DNA of 64,000 nt from the human T2T-CHM13v2.0 reference genome, Homo sapiens, in NCBI RefSeq assembly GCF_009914755.1, contig NC_060936.1. One strand, 5' to 3'. A program made the position numbers and the translations under genes. Under the pieces are notes generated by a model. That model did not search any database. It worked only from the letters and a program-made list of their open reading frames with translations, and was not told the origin of the DNA. How positions within the stretch are numbered: the stretch's first letter is position 1; each line of letters begins with the position of its first letter. Shown here piece after piece: positions 30,140-45,000 of the stretch.

Positions 30140-33100
30140 TTCCTTCCAGAATGGCAAAGTGTTGAGTGCAACATTTTCTTTCCCTAGCAAAACAACTATT
30201 TGACTGGAGAAAATTATAATTATTTAAATTTTTTTTTACAAACTGTCCTAAGGAAATATGCAAATGGAAAAACATTCTTTCAAGAAAATCTACTAAATAT
30301 CCTTCAGAACAGCAGGAGTCTGTGGCATTGGAGCCGTGACTTGTTCCCCCTACCCACCGTCAGCACTGTCTTATGGAAACTTCTCAAGGTTATCTGCTCT
30401 GGTGGCTGTGGTCAAGAAGTGGGCTCCCTGTCCCTGCAGGTCCTAGCATACATAGGTCCTTGGTATCACCCCAGGAAGGGCAGGCCACCCACATTTCACA
30501 CCTTCTCCTTCCTCCACTAGGAATGCAAAAGCTCTATGCCTAGTGGAGGTGATTGAGAGAGACAATTGTGACTCCCTTCTTCTACTTTGCCTCTACTCAT
30601 AGGGTGAAATTTCAACTCCAGGTGCATGAGTCCCAAGAACACGGGGCTCCAGTTGCCCCTTCTCCAACTTGCTGTCAGAGTGGAAGTTCCATACCAGAAT
30701 GCACAAGCTAGGAAGACCAGGAGCTCCAGGGGGCTGCCACCTCCTTCCCCCCAGCCCACGTCTACCTGTAGAGCAGGGTGTCATTCTAGAAGTGGGCTTC
30801 TGTCTCCACCTCCAGCTTCTGTGCAGTGGTGCAGAAGTTCTGTTCGGAGGAAAGGCAGGATGAAAACCTCCCCAGCTGTATTTAAGGGACTGACCTTATT
30901 TAGAAGAGAGGATAAAGAATTCCAGCTCAATGATGTTGTCTGAAACAACAGAGATCTTGGTGGAGAAAATTAAAGAGTATGCTCATAGCTCCATAATACT
31001 AGTAGCAACAAGCAAAATGGCAGAACAACCAGAAATTTAACAGGAAGAATCAGGGAAAAAGATTGCCAAGAAGAGCCCTCCTTGGATCACACTTATCTCT
31101 GGGTCATCTAGAAGTTTGTGTGCAAGCCCCAGGCTGAACCTGCTCAGGAACAGGAAGACTGAAAATCATTTGCCAACCAGAACACAGATCCATCAGCAAA
31201 CAGCTGAAGCCCCACCAGCACTAGGGGCTTAGGGCCAACCTCTGAACAAATACTGCTTGAACAATAAACTACTCTGACTCAGAGGCAACTACTAGGAAGC
31301 CAGGATTAAAAATAAAATCATGCACATCCCTGGTAATCTGGAAGACTATGTGCATACCTAAGGCTGTGCTCTCTCAGGAGTTACCACAGAGAAGAAAATC
31401 CAAGCTACCAGTATGTGGGTCAAAACGTAAACTCCCTGAATTGTGATTGCAGCCTCCATGCCACAAATATCAAGGAATCTAATCAACCAAGGAGGTTTAA
31501 ATCCAATCTCTGATGAATAAGTGGCTTATGATGACCCAGAAGCAACCCCTAGGTAGCCAGGCTAAAAGAGAAAAACAAGAAGAGAAAAGAAAAAAAAAAA
31601 AAAGATCAAGATCATGAGCATTAAAGGCTGAACACTGCAGGAGAAATAGATTTTGTAGACTCTGCAAATTAGTTTAACTAGGTTACCAATTGAATAAATA
31701 AACAACGAAGCAAATTACAATGACATCTACTCCTGGGTTATATACAGAGTTACTAGATGCTTTGTCTAAAATGATAAGTTTTTAATAAGAAATTATGAGA
31801 CATACAAAGATACAGGAAAGGGTAATAACTCGTGCACAAGAGAAAACAAAGCAACAGACTTTAGAAGGGGCCCAGATATTGGACTTATCTGGTAATGACT
31901 TCAAAGACATCATTATAAATATATTCAAAGCACTAAAGTTAGCCATGTCTAAAGCATTAAAGGAAGGTTATAATGACAATGTCTCATCAAATAGAAACTA
32001 TCAATAAAGACTTATACATTATAAAGAGGTTCCAAATGATCCTTCTAAAACTAAAAAGTACAATAATAAAAATGAAGAGTTCGACTTTCATTTTCTGGTC
32101 TGGCTTTTAAGGAGCTTAGAAGTCCCCACTGTATCCTAACAACAAGTAAAAAGCTGAAAAAATGGAAAAATAAACTCTTCTCAGCTCTTTTAGAGAAGTG
32201 ACATGGCAGGGCAAACTGCTTCCCCCAAAATTGGAGAGACAGACAGGTGGATACAGAGAATCACAACTTTGCCAGAGCAGAAACCCTGGGAACCAGTGCT
32301 AGGATAGGAAAACCTGAACTGTAAATTGGTGAATTGTGGACAAGTCTGAGAAGTAAACACTCCAGGAAGACCCAGTCAGAGAGCTTCTACACCTGTGTAC
32401 ATTTTACCCCCAGGACCTCTACCAGATCCTCACAGTAAATATCAGAGAAAAATCTCCTCCTGCCTCTGGGAGGGAGGAGAGAAGAGGTGAAAAGGAATCA
32501 TTTTGAAATATGCCAGATTATTCTGTTTTTCTTAACAAGGTCTGCCTGAAAGAGAAACTATTTTACCAGAGCCTAACCTGCTGGAGTTTTATGATAGCCT
32601 AACTGCTGTGGTTTGAATGTTTGTCTTCTCTGAAACTCATGTTAAAATGTATTTGCCATTGCGACAGTATGGGGAGGTGGGACCCTGAAGAGGTGTTTAG
32701 GTCGTGAAGGCTCTGCTCTGGTGAATAGGCAAATGCTCTTAGCACGTCATTATCATGAGAGGGGGTTTGTTATCATGGGACTGGGCTCTTGTTCTTTTCA
32801 TCCTCTCTTTGTTCATTCTGCTGTGTGATACCTTCTGCCATGTTATAATGCAGCATGAAGCCCCTCACCAGAGGCCAGCACCTTGACATTAGACTTACTA
32901 GCCTCCAGAACCAGGAGCCAATAAGTTTCTATTCATTATAAGTTACCCAGTCTCAGGTATACTGTTATAGCTGCACAAAATGGACTGACACTAACCTACC
33001 TGGGAGAAGGGGAACATTCAACTCTAGCCTGCTTTAGCTTTCTACATGGTGGAATGAAAATACCCAACTTTAGCTCCCTCTATCCTTTTACATGGGGGAA

Positions 33101-33720
33101 AATATTTACACTTAAATTTATGATCAACTGATTCTTGACAAGGGTGCTAAGACCATGTAATGGGAGAGAGAATAGTCTCTTCAACAAATGGGTGCTGAGA
33201 CAAGTGGATATCTAGATGCAAAATAATAAAGTTGGATCCCTCATCACACCATACACAAATATTTACACAAAATGGTCATAGATGTAAATATAAGAGATAA
33301 AACTATAAAACTCTTAGAAAAAAATGACAGCAAATCTTGGGAGATAGGGGTTGGCAAGAGTTTCTTAGGTATGACACCAAAAGCATAGGTGAAACAAGAT
33401 TGAAAAGTTGAACTTTATCAAAACTAACTTTGTTTTTCCTGAAATAATACCATCCAGAAAGTGCAAAGACTGCCCATGGAGTGGGAGAAAATATTTGCAA
33501 ACCATACATCTGATAAGAAGTCTAGAATATATAAAGAATGCTTACAAAACTCAATAATAAAGAAATTAAAAATGGGCAAACATATAGAAAAAACTTTTGG
33601 AGCTGATAGATACGTTTATTACCTTGATTATGATATTGTGGGTGCGTGCCTATGTGCAGTTTGTATATATCAACTAAACCCCAAAAAAGCTATAAAAAGG
33701 GTAAACCAGTGCCTACCATA
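30140..33720 (+). mobile_element. Old sense L1M fragments (two 5' regions, ORF2 remnant)
   Basis: 32085-33100 resembles the L1 5' region at 170-660; EWEKIFANHTSDK ORF2 remnant at 33461. Confidence 0.7.
32604..32990 (+). mobile_element. MaLR solo LTR (MST-type)
   Basis: TGCTGTGGTTTGAATGTTTGTC...ACCCAGTCTCAGGTAT...GACTGACA; 5-bp TSD CTAAC. Confidence 0.88.
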
Positions 33721-34156
33721 TGGTAAGCATTTAGTAAATATAGGCTAGTTTGCCACCTGTCTCTGGTGGTGAAGTAGAGGGTGTGTCAAAGGTGACTGGG
33801 GTCTGAGAACATGGGAAAAGGGCTGTGGCAATGACAAGAAGAAGGCTGCCAGCAAGGAAACTAATCCGGGTGTAGAAGAGGAACGGGAATTCCTTTTGAA
33901 GTATGTTGAATGTTCCAATGGAAACATCTAGCAAAGATTAATAAAAAAAGATTTTATCCCCATAACAGGAGAATTTTGGATAAATGAATATAAAATCTTG
34001 CTACTGTGATAAGCCACTAAGAGTTTTGCTTTCCAGTGAGTTTGAGGGGTGGATGAATTGGTCGATATAACATCATACAGAGTGAAAGGAAAGATTGGAT
34101 AGCAGTGTTGAAGTAATTAAAAAAAAATAATATGTTATAAAAATGGTCTCTTATAG

Positions 34157-34323
34157 ATGTCTTCGGAAGACATATCCTTCCCAACTCCCATCCCTCAGTG
34201 TCATTCTCATATTCGTGAATGAAGCTCTGTCCATTATACAACGGGCCATCACCAGTATCATCAACCGGACGCCCTCTCGATTGTTGAAGGAAATCATCTT
34301 GGTGGATGATTTCAGCTCAAATG
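34157..34323 (+). CDS. GALNT8: GALNT8 coding exon 3 (GT-A fold start)
   Basis: Acceptor cttatag|; CLRKTYPSQLPSLSVILIFVNEA...LLKEIILVDDFSSN; donor G|GTGAG; 167 nt. Confidence 0.97.
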
Positions 34324-34359
34324 GTGAGCAACGTGATCAAAGAATAATTGTAAAAATGA

Positions 34360-34940
<581 letters not shown>

Positions 34941-35417
34941 GTGAGCCACTGTGCCCGGCCACCTGTGCCCCTCTTATGCACCATGAAGAAGCCTGGGGGC
35001 TGAAGCAGAGTCTAGAGAAGGACTCCAGATACCAGGAAGGGACTTAGAGTTGCTCCTTATGAGGAACAGATCACTCTCCCTGGGTCATTAAGCCTGGAGA
35101 AAAGAGAGATTTGGGTGCTGACTCTTCATAGTGGCAACAGCTCTTGCCCACAGGGTGCCCGTGCCCCGAGTCTAGCCCACCCAAGGAAGAGATGTGGAAG
35201 ATAACAGACCTGAGTCCTCACTTTCTGAGTTCATAATCCCGGCTTCTCCTTTGTAAGTGTTAGGTCCTTGGGTAACTCAACGTCTTCATATTCTGATTTT
35301 CTTGTACACAAAATATGGATGTTGATAATAATAACCATTTTATGAACTATAGTGAGAATTAAATGAGATCATAATGGCAGCTAACATTGCTTGTTCTAAG
35401 CACCTTACGTGTGTTAA

Positions 35418-35717
<300 letters not shown>

Positions 35718-38700
35718 ATGTTAACTATTTTAATCATTACAACAACCCTATGAGGAAGGAATCACTTTTTGACCCATTGTGTAGATGTGCAAAACTAAGG
35801 CATAGACTGATCAAGGAACTTGTTCAACATCCTACAGCTGGTAAGTGACAGAACTGAGATTTGACCATGAACTTCAGAGTCCAGAGCCCTGGTTCTAACC
35901 ACTGTGTTCCCGTTATAATACATGAATTATGTAACGCATTTTGCACATGGTAGCCTCTCAGCAATTGTTGGCTCTTAGTTTTATTAATTTTGTGCAACAA
36001 ATAAAAGAGAGTAGAATTAAGTTACAAAAACTTAGAGGTTTGGTCTAGCAGTAAGGAAGAATTTCTTGACTATAAGGGCTATGAAGTGGCAGCTCATTGG
36101 AGGCAGAATATGTTCCTTCTCTGAGGATCTTTAAGTACCAGATAGGTTATTGTACCTTCCTGAGAGAGCAAACAAAATGACTGCTTAAACCTTCTTTTTT
36201 AGACTTCCACACTAAAAATACTTATATTCATCCTTTGCATACCTTCCTCTTTTTTTATTTCCAATGTAACTAAACAAAAAATAAGAAGGTACAATTTTTA
36301 GAGCAAAATTCCGCTGAAAACCAAAGAAAAGAGACTAGTTTCATTCATTTCTGGGCATGGAGACTGGTACTGAATTGCACACCTGGTTTTCTGCCCCAAA
36401 AATAGGAGCATGATTAGAAAGACCTCTGCCTTGGACTTCTGAAAACACTCTGGCTCTGCTCCCTGCCTGAGACAACGTCAGGCAAGTCCCCTCACCTCTT
36501 TGGGACTCAGGGTCTTCATGAGGCAAAGACAAGAGTTGAGCTGGAATATTGTGAAAGATATCTTTTTCTGTGGAAAAAAAAAAAGTCAATACTATACTCT
36601 ATGGCCTATACGCTATGTTCCATGGGGTGTAGATAAGACTTAATTCAGGATTTTTTCCTGTGGAACAATGCAATAAAAAAATACAAGATTACAAACACGG
36701 GGTAGACACATAAAGAAAAACCAAAGCTTTCTTATTGCTCTAAGCTGCACTCCATTGTAACACATTCCTCTCATTTAGGTCTGAAACCCACGTTTGTTTT
36801 TCACAGAGATGATTTGTTTGGATGGTCACAGAAAAGGGGACTGTCAGCCATTCTTTGGTGTTACAGGGACAGGAATTAGAGAGTCTCTGTCATTAACCAC
36901 GAAAACACCAGCCAAATTGAGCCTACACTGAGCATAACTCAAATATCTGTTTTATGTTAAACAGGAGAATAAATGGAAGTCTCTACCATGTCTACTGAAA
37001 GAGAAACTCACTATCCATGTGAATTTGGGGGCAAGTGACTCAACCACTTCTCACCTCAGTTTCTGCATCTGTAACATCAGGGAATAATGGTGCCTACCTG
37101 ATAGGACCACTTTTGGGATTAAATAATACGTGTAAAGGCCTCAGGAGAGAGCCTGTTCCCATTACATGCTAGCTAGTGTTCTGCTCCTCACCTATCTCAG
37201 TGTTATTTGTAGTACTTTTGAAATGCCACAACCTGGTGCCAGAGGTTTGCCTCCTTTCTGTCTTTCCCTAGATGTTAAGCTTTATTCACATCACTCAAAT
37301 ATTTTGAGCTTAAATGTTAAATGTCACTCAAATGTTATGTGAGATGTAAGCTTTTTAAAAATTATATCAAGGTAGGTGGAATGCTGTATTTTCTCCCTAA
37401 TTTTAGGAAAATTTCACAATCAACAACTACATGTTGAGTTTCTACCATGTGCTAGCCACTGGGCAGGGAGGAGGATGTCAGAGAGTTCAAGTTTCCTTCT
37501 TAATTAATGAGGCAAGACACATCTGTGGAAAGATACCTTAATGTGTGAAGAATAACGTGACAAACCGAGTGAACCGTCAGTGAGCAAAAGAAAGCACGGT
37601 GTGGGGGTGTGGGGTGTGGTGATCTAAGGAGGGTTCCTGGAGGAGGCAGGCTCGGATTGGGACTTGAAGGCGTCATAGGATTTGAGACAGCAGAGAAAAT
37701 GAGGGAAGACTGGGAAACTGGGTCGGGGTGGAGAGCTAGGGAGCGCCGAAGGAATGGTGTGAACAAAAGTGAGGAATCCGGAAGCGCCCTGAGCTGACCA
37801 GCCTGGGATAGCAGGCTTTGGGGAGGAGACCGGTAGGAGGGCAAAGCTGGGAAGGGAGCATAGGTTGTCTTCAGAAAACCCGTCGAGGCGTCCTTAATCT
37901 TTGTGCTATATGATAGGCATTATTTTTCAGGAGGTGACTCAGAATCTATGGCTCATAAAAATTTGGAGTTGGAAGGGTCCTGACTATTTGGTACTTTTCT
38001 TGAAATTTTTAATATTTGTTTTTCTAAAAAAGAGACAGTCTCACTCTGTTGCCGAGGCTGGCCTCAATCGCCTGGGCTTAAGCACTGATCTGCCTCAGGC
38101 TCCCAAAGTGCTGGGATTACAGGCATGAGCCACCATGCCCACTATGGTACTTTTCTCTAGGTTGAGGAATCAGACACATCCAATGGGAAGTGACACAGGA
38201 TGATGTAGTGACTGAATTAGAATCTAGATATTCAGGTTCAGTGGCGCCTCCTGTGGATTACTGACTAAAAGTAGTGCCTGGGTAAGTGTACAGACTGGCA
38301 ACCTTGGCTACCCCAGCTTACTCCCAGAGGAAGCAAACAGCCTTAGACGTACTGGCCCTGCTTAGCACCTTCAATAATTGAGACAATTACTCTTGAGTGC
38401 AGCAGATCTAAAATGGGGTAAATTTTACTGCCATAGTCACTTAGGTGTTGATTCCAGGTCTTGATCACTCTAGGTCTCACAAATATGCTTGTCTTTTGAG
38501 AGAGGAACTGGCAAGAATCTCGTTCCTTGGCTATGGGGAGAGAGGAGAGGGAGGGAGGACTTGGTAAACCCAACCAGGTACTCACAGAGTTCTTGAGACA
38601 CGGTGTTCTGGTGGCTAAACACAGCATAGGTTCACATCCAGGGCGTGCCACTTACTAGATATGTGACTTGGAAAAGTTTTTAAAACTCTTTGTGCCTCAG

Positions 38701-39510
38701 TTTCTTTATCTGTAAAGTGGGGATATTGTAGTGCCTACCACATGAGATACTTTCAGAATTAACTGAATTAATTTTATCAATGAGTAACTCAGAGTCATTT
38801 GGTTAGATATTTTGCATACTGCTAAGTGATTTGCCTGCAAGTGGTTTACTTACACGTGAGGAAGTCAGTGGTAGGCTGAGCCCAAGAACAAAGCCATAGA
38901 CAAGCTTTATTAAAAGAGAGGGAAGAGAGGGAAGAAAACTACCTGTAAACAATCTAGGAATAGTGAATCTTGTTTGCATAATTTTTGGGCTAAATTTACT
39001 AGCTAGAAGCTGGCAAAGAGATTAATCTGTGCATTCTGTCCCAGTTGGTCCTTAAGTAGGTCAACTGGGAATATCTAAAACAAAACAATTTTAGTCATTT
39101 ATGGATTCTCCAGAGTTTTGAGAGTTTAGCTATGAAGATGTTCCAGGCCTTCCTGCAGTGTTTTCCATCAACCTGTGCACCTTAGGCTAGATCTGTCCAC
39201 TCATTCTCTCAAGAACTTCTCAACGTGAAAAAGCACTTATAACAGTGCCTGACACGTAGTAAGCAGTATTATCATTTTAAGATAGTTTAACTGTCAGGGA
39301 AAGGACATTAGGAATGATCACAGTACACCTCAGGTGCAAGGGAGAAGAGAGGCAGGTGCAGGGGAAATACTACTTATTTTCTAGTTGACTCTTAGAATTG
39401 CCCATTTTATGCTGGAGGTAGTCCAGCCACTAATATATGATAGTATAAAACTTTTGTATCACGTTGATTGTTGCACTCAGAATTTCTATAGGTGTGCACT
39501 TGATTGACAG

Positions 39511-39694
39511 GAGAACTAAAGGTACACTTGGATGAGAAGATTAAGCTTTACAACCAGAAGTATCCAGGACTACTGAAAATAATACGGCATCCTGAAAGGA
39601 AAGGTCTTGCTCAAGCCCGCAACACTGGCTGGGAAGCTGCCACAGCAGACGTGGTCGCCATCTTGGATGCTCACATTGAAGTCAATGTTGGGTG
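39511..39694 (+). CDS. GALNT8: GALNT8 coding exon 4 (DXH metal-binding motif)
   Basis: Acceptor tgacag|; ELKVHLDE...GLAQARNTG...ILDAHIEVNVG(W); donor TG|GTAAGG; 184 nt. Confidence 0.97.
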
Positions 39695-40422
39695 GTAAGG
39701 CTCAAAGAGGCTAGTTCTTCTGGAAAGGGCAGAGAGGAGATATTGTGCATGTACTGAACACAAGACAGGATACTGTGGACACAGGGAAAGTCAGCACCAG
39801 GCCTTAAATAAAGGGAATCTCCAAAACAGCATGCTTTTATGCAGGGATTTTGCTTGGCTAAGAGAAGTAGCATGGTGGAGAGTATTGACAGTTGGATCAT
39901 AATGCTGACTTTGCCAAATACTTTGTGAATTTGAGTAAGTCACTTCACTTAACTAGACATTGTGTCTTTAACTGTAAAGATGAGGAGATTAGCCTTTGGT
40001 TATTTTAAAGGTTTTTCCCCAGCCATGAAATTACATAATAAAATAAAGAGAACTATGTTCTTTAGAGAATGTGGAGAATCAGACAGGAAAGAAGCATCAC
40101 TTTGGAAACGGAGAACCAAGAGATAACGTAAATTCAAGGAGTAATATACATACTGAGAATGCTGCTTCACAACGGCCTGGGGGTGTTACCTGGGTACTAA
40201 TTTCAAACCTGTTCTCGATGCGGGTTGGCTTCTAGCAGCTTCAGCTATCCCGAAAGGTTACAGAGATTCTCTGGACTCTAGAGAGTTCTACTCACAACCC
40301 AGTACAGCCTAAATGGAGGAGGTACTCAATGTCAGGGCAAGGTGCTTGGAACAGCTTTATCTGCTCTCCCCTACTGCTTGTCCTCATATCCAAGCTGGGC
40401 TTTCTGCACACTCTTGTTCTAG

Positions 40423-40620
40423 GGCAGAGCCAATCTTGGCTCGGATTCAGGAGGACCGCACTGTGATTGTGTCTCCTGTGTTTGACAACATTCGTTTTGA
40501 CACCTTCAAACTGGATAAGTATGAACTGGCAGTTGATGGGTTTAACTGGGAACTCTGGTGCCGCTACGATGCACTGCCACAAGCCTGGATTGATCTGCAT
40601 GATGTCACTGCCCCAGTGAA
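40423..40620 (+). CDS. GALNT8: GALNT8 coding exon 5
   Basis: Acceptor ttgttctag|; AEPILARIQEDRTVIVSPVFDNI...GFNWEL...APV(K); donor AA|GTAAGT; 198 nt. Confidence 0.97.
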
Positions 40621-41137
40621 GTAAGTCTGAGGAGATTCAGGGAACTTGAGTAGCATGTGGGAAGGCAGGAATGAACTGAATGGATTTTGTTTATCTTTGG
40701 TGGTAGTAATTGGGGTGACGTGGAAGGAGGGGAGGGGATGAGGTGAAGGACAAGGGATAGAGGGAAAAAACCCCAATAAGTTATCCCAGTTAAGAAATCA
40801 CAGACACTTTGGGATATTTAGGGACTTTCAGACAAAAATCAAGCAAAACACTTAAAATTTTGGAAAACATTTGGGCCATTTCAAGCTTTAGCAGACTATG
40901 AAGTAAGGATACCTAGAAGAAAAAGGTGTAATTTCAATATATTTTGAGAAGGGTTATGATAACGCAGTGGGCGAGGGAAAGCTACATGCACTTAGTCTTG
41001 CCTGAGAGTTTAGGGAAGGCCTTCATGATAAGAACAGACTTAGGTAGAGTTCTGAAGCCCAAATAATCATTGAGCATCCCACCCCTCGCCTCCGCTCCTT
41101 ATGGAGAGATTAGTGACTCTTGCTGTGTGCTCTGTAG

Positions 41138-41252
41138 GAGTCCTTCAATCATGGGCATCCTGGCTGCTAACAGGCACTTCCTGGGAGAGATCGGGTCTCT
41201 GGATGGTGGAATGCTCATCTATGGAGGAGAGAACGTGGAGCTTAGCCTGAGG
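41138..41252 (+). CDS. GALNT8: GALNT8 coding exon 6 (Gal/GalNAc-T motif, YGGEN)
   Basis: Acceptor ctctgtag|; SPSIMGILAANRHFLGEIGSLDGGMLIYGGENVELSLR; donor AGG|GTGGGT; 115 nt. Confidence 0.97.
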
Positions 41253-41770
41253 GTGGGTACATTTCCCTTTTCTTTATGGGACAAAGCAGAAAGGGGAATA
41301 ATAGAAAGGTAGTAGGACCCCTGGAATCCTAGAACAAGGCTGAATGTCATTGGCTCAAAGGTGGATACATTCTTATGTTTCTAGGCAACTGGGCCAAGGA
41401 CGGGGGGCAATAGGACTTCTGGAGTGGACACTCCTGGTATAGCCCATATAATCTGGGAGGTGGGGTGGGAAGGGGTCAAGTTGGGATTGAATAGATAGAT
41501 GTCCCTATTTCACTTGAGGACTCTGGGCATTTTTCAAGCATCTCCTGGGATAAACTTAACCTTGGAGCAGACAATTCTCTAGAAGGCCAAAGACAGCAAA
41601 AACAGGAGTGGGCAGCGTGACCAGGGAATGCAGACGTGTGGGCAGCCAGCCTGCTTCTGTACTCACAGCCAGAGCAGCTGACGTGATAGCCTGAGTTTGT
41701 GCTGAGATATAGTCTAATCTAAGACAAATAGCCAGGTTTTTATCATTATATAACTGAAATCCTCAAACCC

Positions 41771-41915
41771 GGCCAGTTACGGTGGCTCACACCTGTAATC
41801 CCAGCACTTTGGGAGGCTGAGGCAGGCAGATTGCTTGAGCCCAGGAGTTCAAGGCCAGCCTGGGCAACATGGTGAAACCTTGTATCTATTAAAAAAGAAA
41901 GAAAAAGAAACAATA
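41771..41915 (+). mobile_element. Alu monomer (FLAM-like)
   Basis: Single arm with A tail; TSD AAATCCTCAAACC. Confidence 0.88.
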
Positions 41916-42053
41916 AATCCTCAAACCAGTGCTAGTCCTGACCAACTTCTGTGTGTCTGGAAAAATACTGGCTTCACACTTAAGCAGTGATGCCTCTTGT
42001 CTGCCCCTGACAGCTTCCCATGCTTGTTTAGGTTAAATGAACAACCTAAATTT

Positions 42054-45000
42054 AAAACAAATTAAATTTTAAATTTTTGTGGGTACATTGCAGGTGTATA
42101 TATTTAGGGCGTGCATGTGATGTTTTGATATAGGCATGCAATGAATAATAATCATGTCATAGAGAATGGGGTATCCATCCCCTCAAGCATTTATCCTTTG
42201 TGTTACAAATAATCCAATTATATTCTTTTAGTTATTTTAAAATGCAAAATTAAATTATTATTAACTATAGTCATCCTATTGTGCCATCAAATAGTAGGTC
42301 TTATTTGTCTTATTCATTCTTTGTGACTATTATTTTTGTACCCATTAACCATCCCCTCTCCCCCAACTACCCTTCCCGGCCTCTGGTAACCATGCTTCTA
42401 CTCTCTATGCCCATGAGTTCAATTGTTTTGATTTTTAAATTTCACATGTAAGTGAGAAATACAGTGTTTGTCTTTCTGTGCCTGGCTTATTTCACTTAAC
42501 ATAATGATCTCCAGTTCCATCTATGTTGTTGCAAGTGACGGCCTCATTCTTTTTTTTTATGGCTGAATAATACTCTATTGCATACTACATTTTCTTTATC
42601 CATTCATCTGTTGATGGACACTTAGATTGCTTCCATATCTTGACTGTTGTGAACAGTGCTGCAACAAACAAAAGAGTGCAGATATCTCTTTGATTTACTG
42701 ATTTCCTTTCTTTTGGGTATATACCCAGCAGTGGGATTGCTGGATCATATGGTAGCTCTATTTTTATTTTTTTTCTGAGGAACCTACAAACTGTTCTCCA
42801 TAGTGGTTGTACTAATCTACATTCCCACCAACAGTGGACGAGGGTTCCCTTTTCTCCACATCCTCTCCAGCATTGTTATTGCCTGTCTTTTGGATATAAG
42901 CCATTTTAACTGGAGTGAGATGATATCTCACTGTAGTTTTGATTTGCATTTCTCTGATGATCAGTGATGTTGAGTATCTTTTCACATGCCTCTTTGCCAT
43001 TTGTATGTCTTCTTTTGGGAAATGTCTATTCGAATCTTTTGCCCATTTTTTGATTGGATTATTAAATTTTTACCTATAGAGTTGTTTAAGCTCCTTGCAT
43101 ATTCTGGTTATTAATCCCTAGTCAGATGGGTAGTTTGCAAATATTTTCTCCCATTTTGTGGGCTGTCTCTTCACCTTGTTGATTGTATCTTTTGCGGTGC
43201 AGAAGCTTTTTAACTTGATGTTATTCCATTTGTCAATGTTTGTATTGGTTGCCTGTGCTTGTGGGGTATTGCTGAAGAAATCTTTGCCCAGACCAGTGTC
43301 CTAGAGATTTTCCTCATTTTTTTCTTGTAGTGGTTTCATAATTTGAGGTCTCAGATTTAAGTCTTTAATCTATTTTCATTTTATTTTTGTATATGGTGAG
43401 AGATGCAGACCTACTTTCATTCTTCTGCATATGAATATCCAGTTTTCCCAGCACCATTTATTGAAGAGACTGTCTTTTCCCCAGTGTGTGTTTTTGGCAC
43501 CTTTGTCAAAAATGAGTTCACTCTAGGTGTGTGGGTTTGTTTCTGGGTTCTTTATTGTGGTTCACTGGTCTATGTGTCTGTTTTTATGCTCGTACCATGC
43601 TGTTTTGGTTACTATAGCTCTGTATTATAATTTGAAGTCAGGTAATGTGATTCCTCCAGTTTTGTTCTTTTTGCTAGGCATGGTTTTGGTTATTCTGGGT
43701 CTTTTGCAGTTCCACATAAATTTTAGAATTGTTTTTTCTATTTATGTGAAGAATGGCGTTTTGATAGGGATTGTATTTAATCCGTATATTGCTTTGGGTA
43801 GTATGGACATTTTAATAATATTGATTCTTCCAATCCATGAACATGGAATATCTTTCCATTTTTTGGTGTCCTCTTCAATGTTTTTCATCAGGGTTTTATA
43901 GTTTTCATTTTAGAGATATTTTTTACTTCTTTGCTTAATTCCTAGGTATTTAATTTTATTTGTGGTGATTGTAAATGGAATTACTTTTAAAGATTTCTTT
44001 TCAGATTGTTCACTATTGGCATAGAAATGCTACTGATTTTTGTATGTTGATTGTCCATCCTGCAACTTTACTGAATTTATCAGTTCGAATAGTTTTTTGG
44101 TGGAGTCTTTATGTTTTTCCAATATAAGATTATGTCATCTGCAAACAAGGGTAACTTGAACTTCATCCATTCCAACTTGGATGCCTTTATTTATTTCTCT
44201 TGTCTAATTGCTCTAGCTAGGACTTCCAGTAGTACACTGAATAACAGTGGTGAAAATGGGCACCTTTGTCATGTTCCAGATCTTAGAGGAAAGGCTTTCA
44301 GTTATGTTAAGGTATGTTTCTTCTATACTTAGTTTTTTGAGGGGTTTTAAATCATGAATAGAAGTTGGATTTTATCAAATGCCTTTTCAGCGTCAATTGA
44401 AATGATCACATGGTTTTTGTCTTTCATCCTGTTAATATGATGTTTCACATTGATTGATCTGCATATGTTGAACAATCCTTGCATCCCAGGGATAAATCCC
44501 ACTTGGTCATAATGAATGACCTTTCTAATGTATTGTCAAATTCAGTTTGCTAATATTTTGTTGAGGATTTTTGTGCCAATATTCATCAGAGATATTGGCC
44601 TGTAGTTTTCTTTTCTTTTTTTTTTTTAACGTGTCTTTGTCTTGTTTTGGTAGCAGGGTAATACTGGCCTCATAGAATGAGTTTGGAAATGTTCCCTCCT
44701 GTATTTTTTGGAAAAATTTAAGTAGGATTGGTACTAGTTTTTCTTTAAATATTCGGTAGAAATCAACAGTGAAACCACTGAGTCCCAGGTTTTCCTTTAC
44801 TGGGAGACTTTTTATTACAGCTTTGATCTCATTACTTGTTATTGTTCTGTTCAGGTTTGGGATATTTTTCCTGGTTCAATCTTGAACCAAGTTCAATGTG
44901 TCTAGGAATTTGTCCATTTCTTCTAGATTTTCCAACTTGTTGGCATACAGTTGCTTATAGGAGCTGTTAGTGTTCCTTTAAATTTATGCAGAATCAGTTG

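Noticed and set aside
32085-33100. Similarity to 170-660
   Set aside because: Divergence fits two independent copies of an L1M 5' region rather than a local duplication
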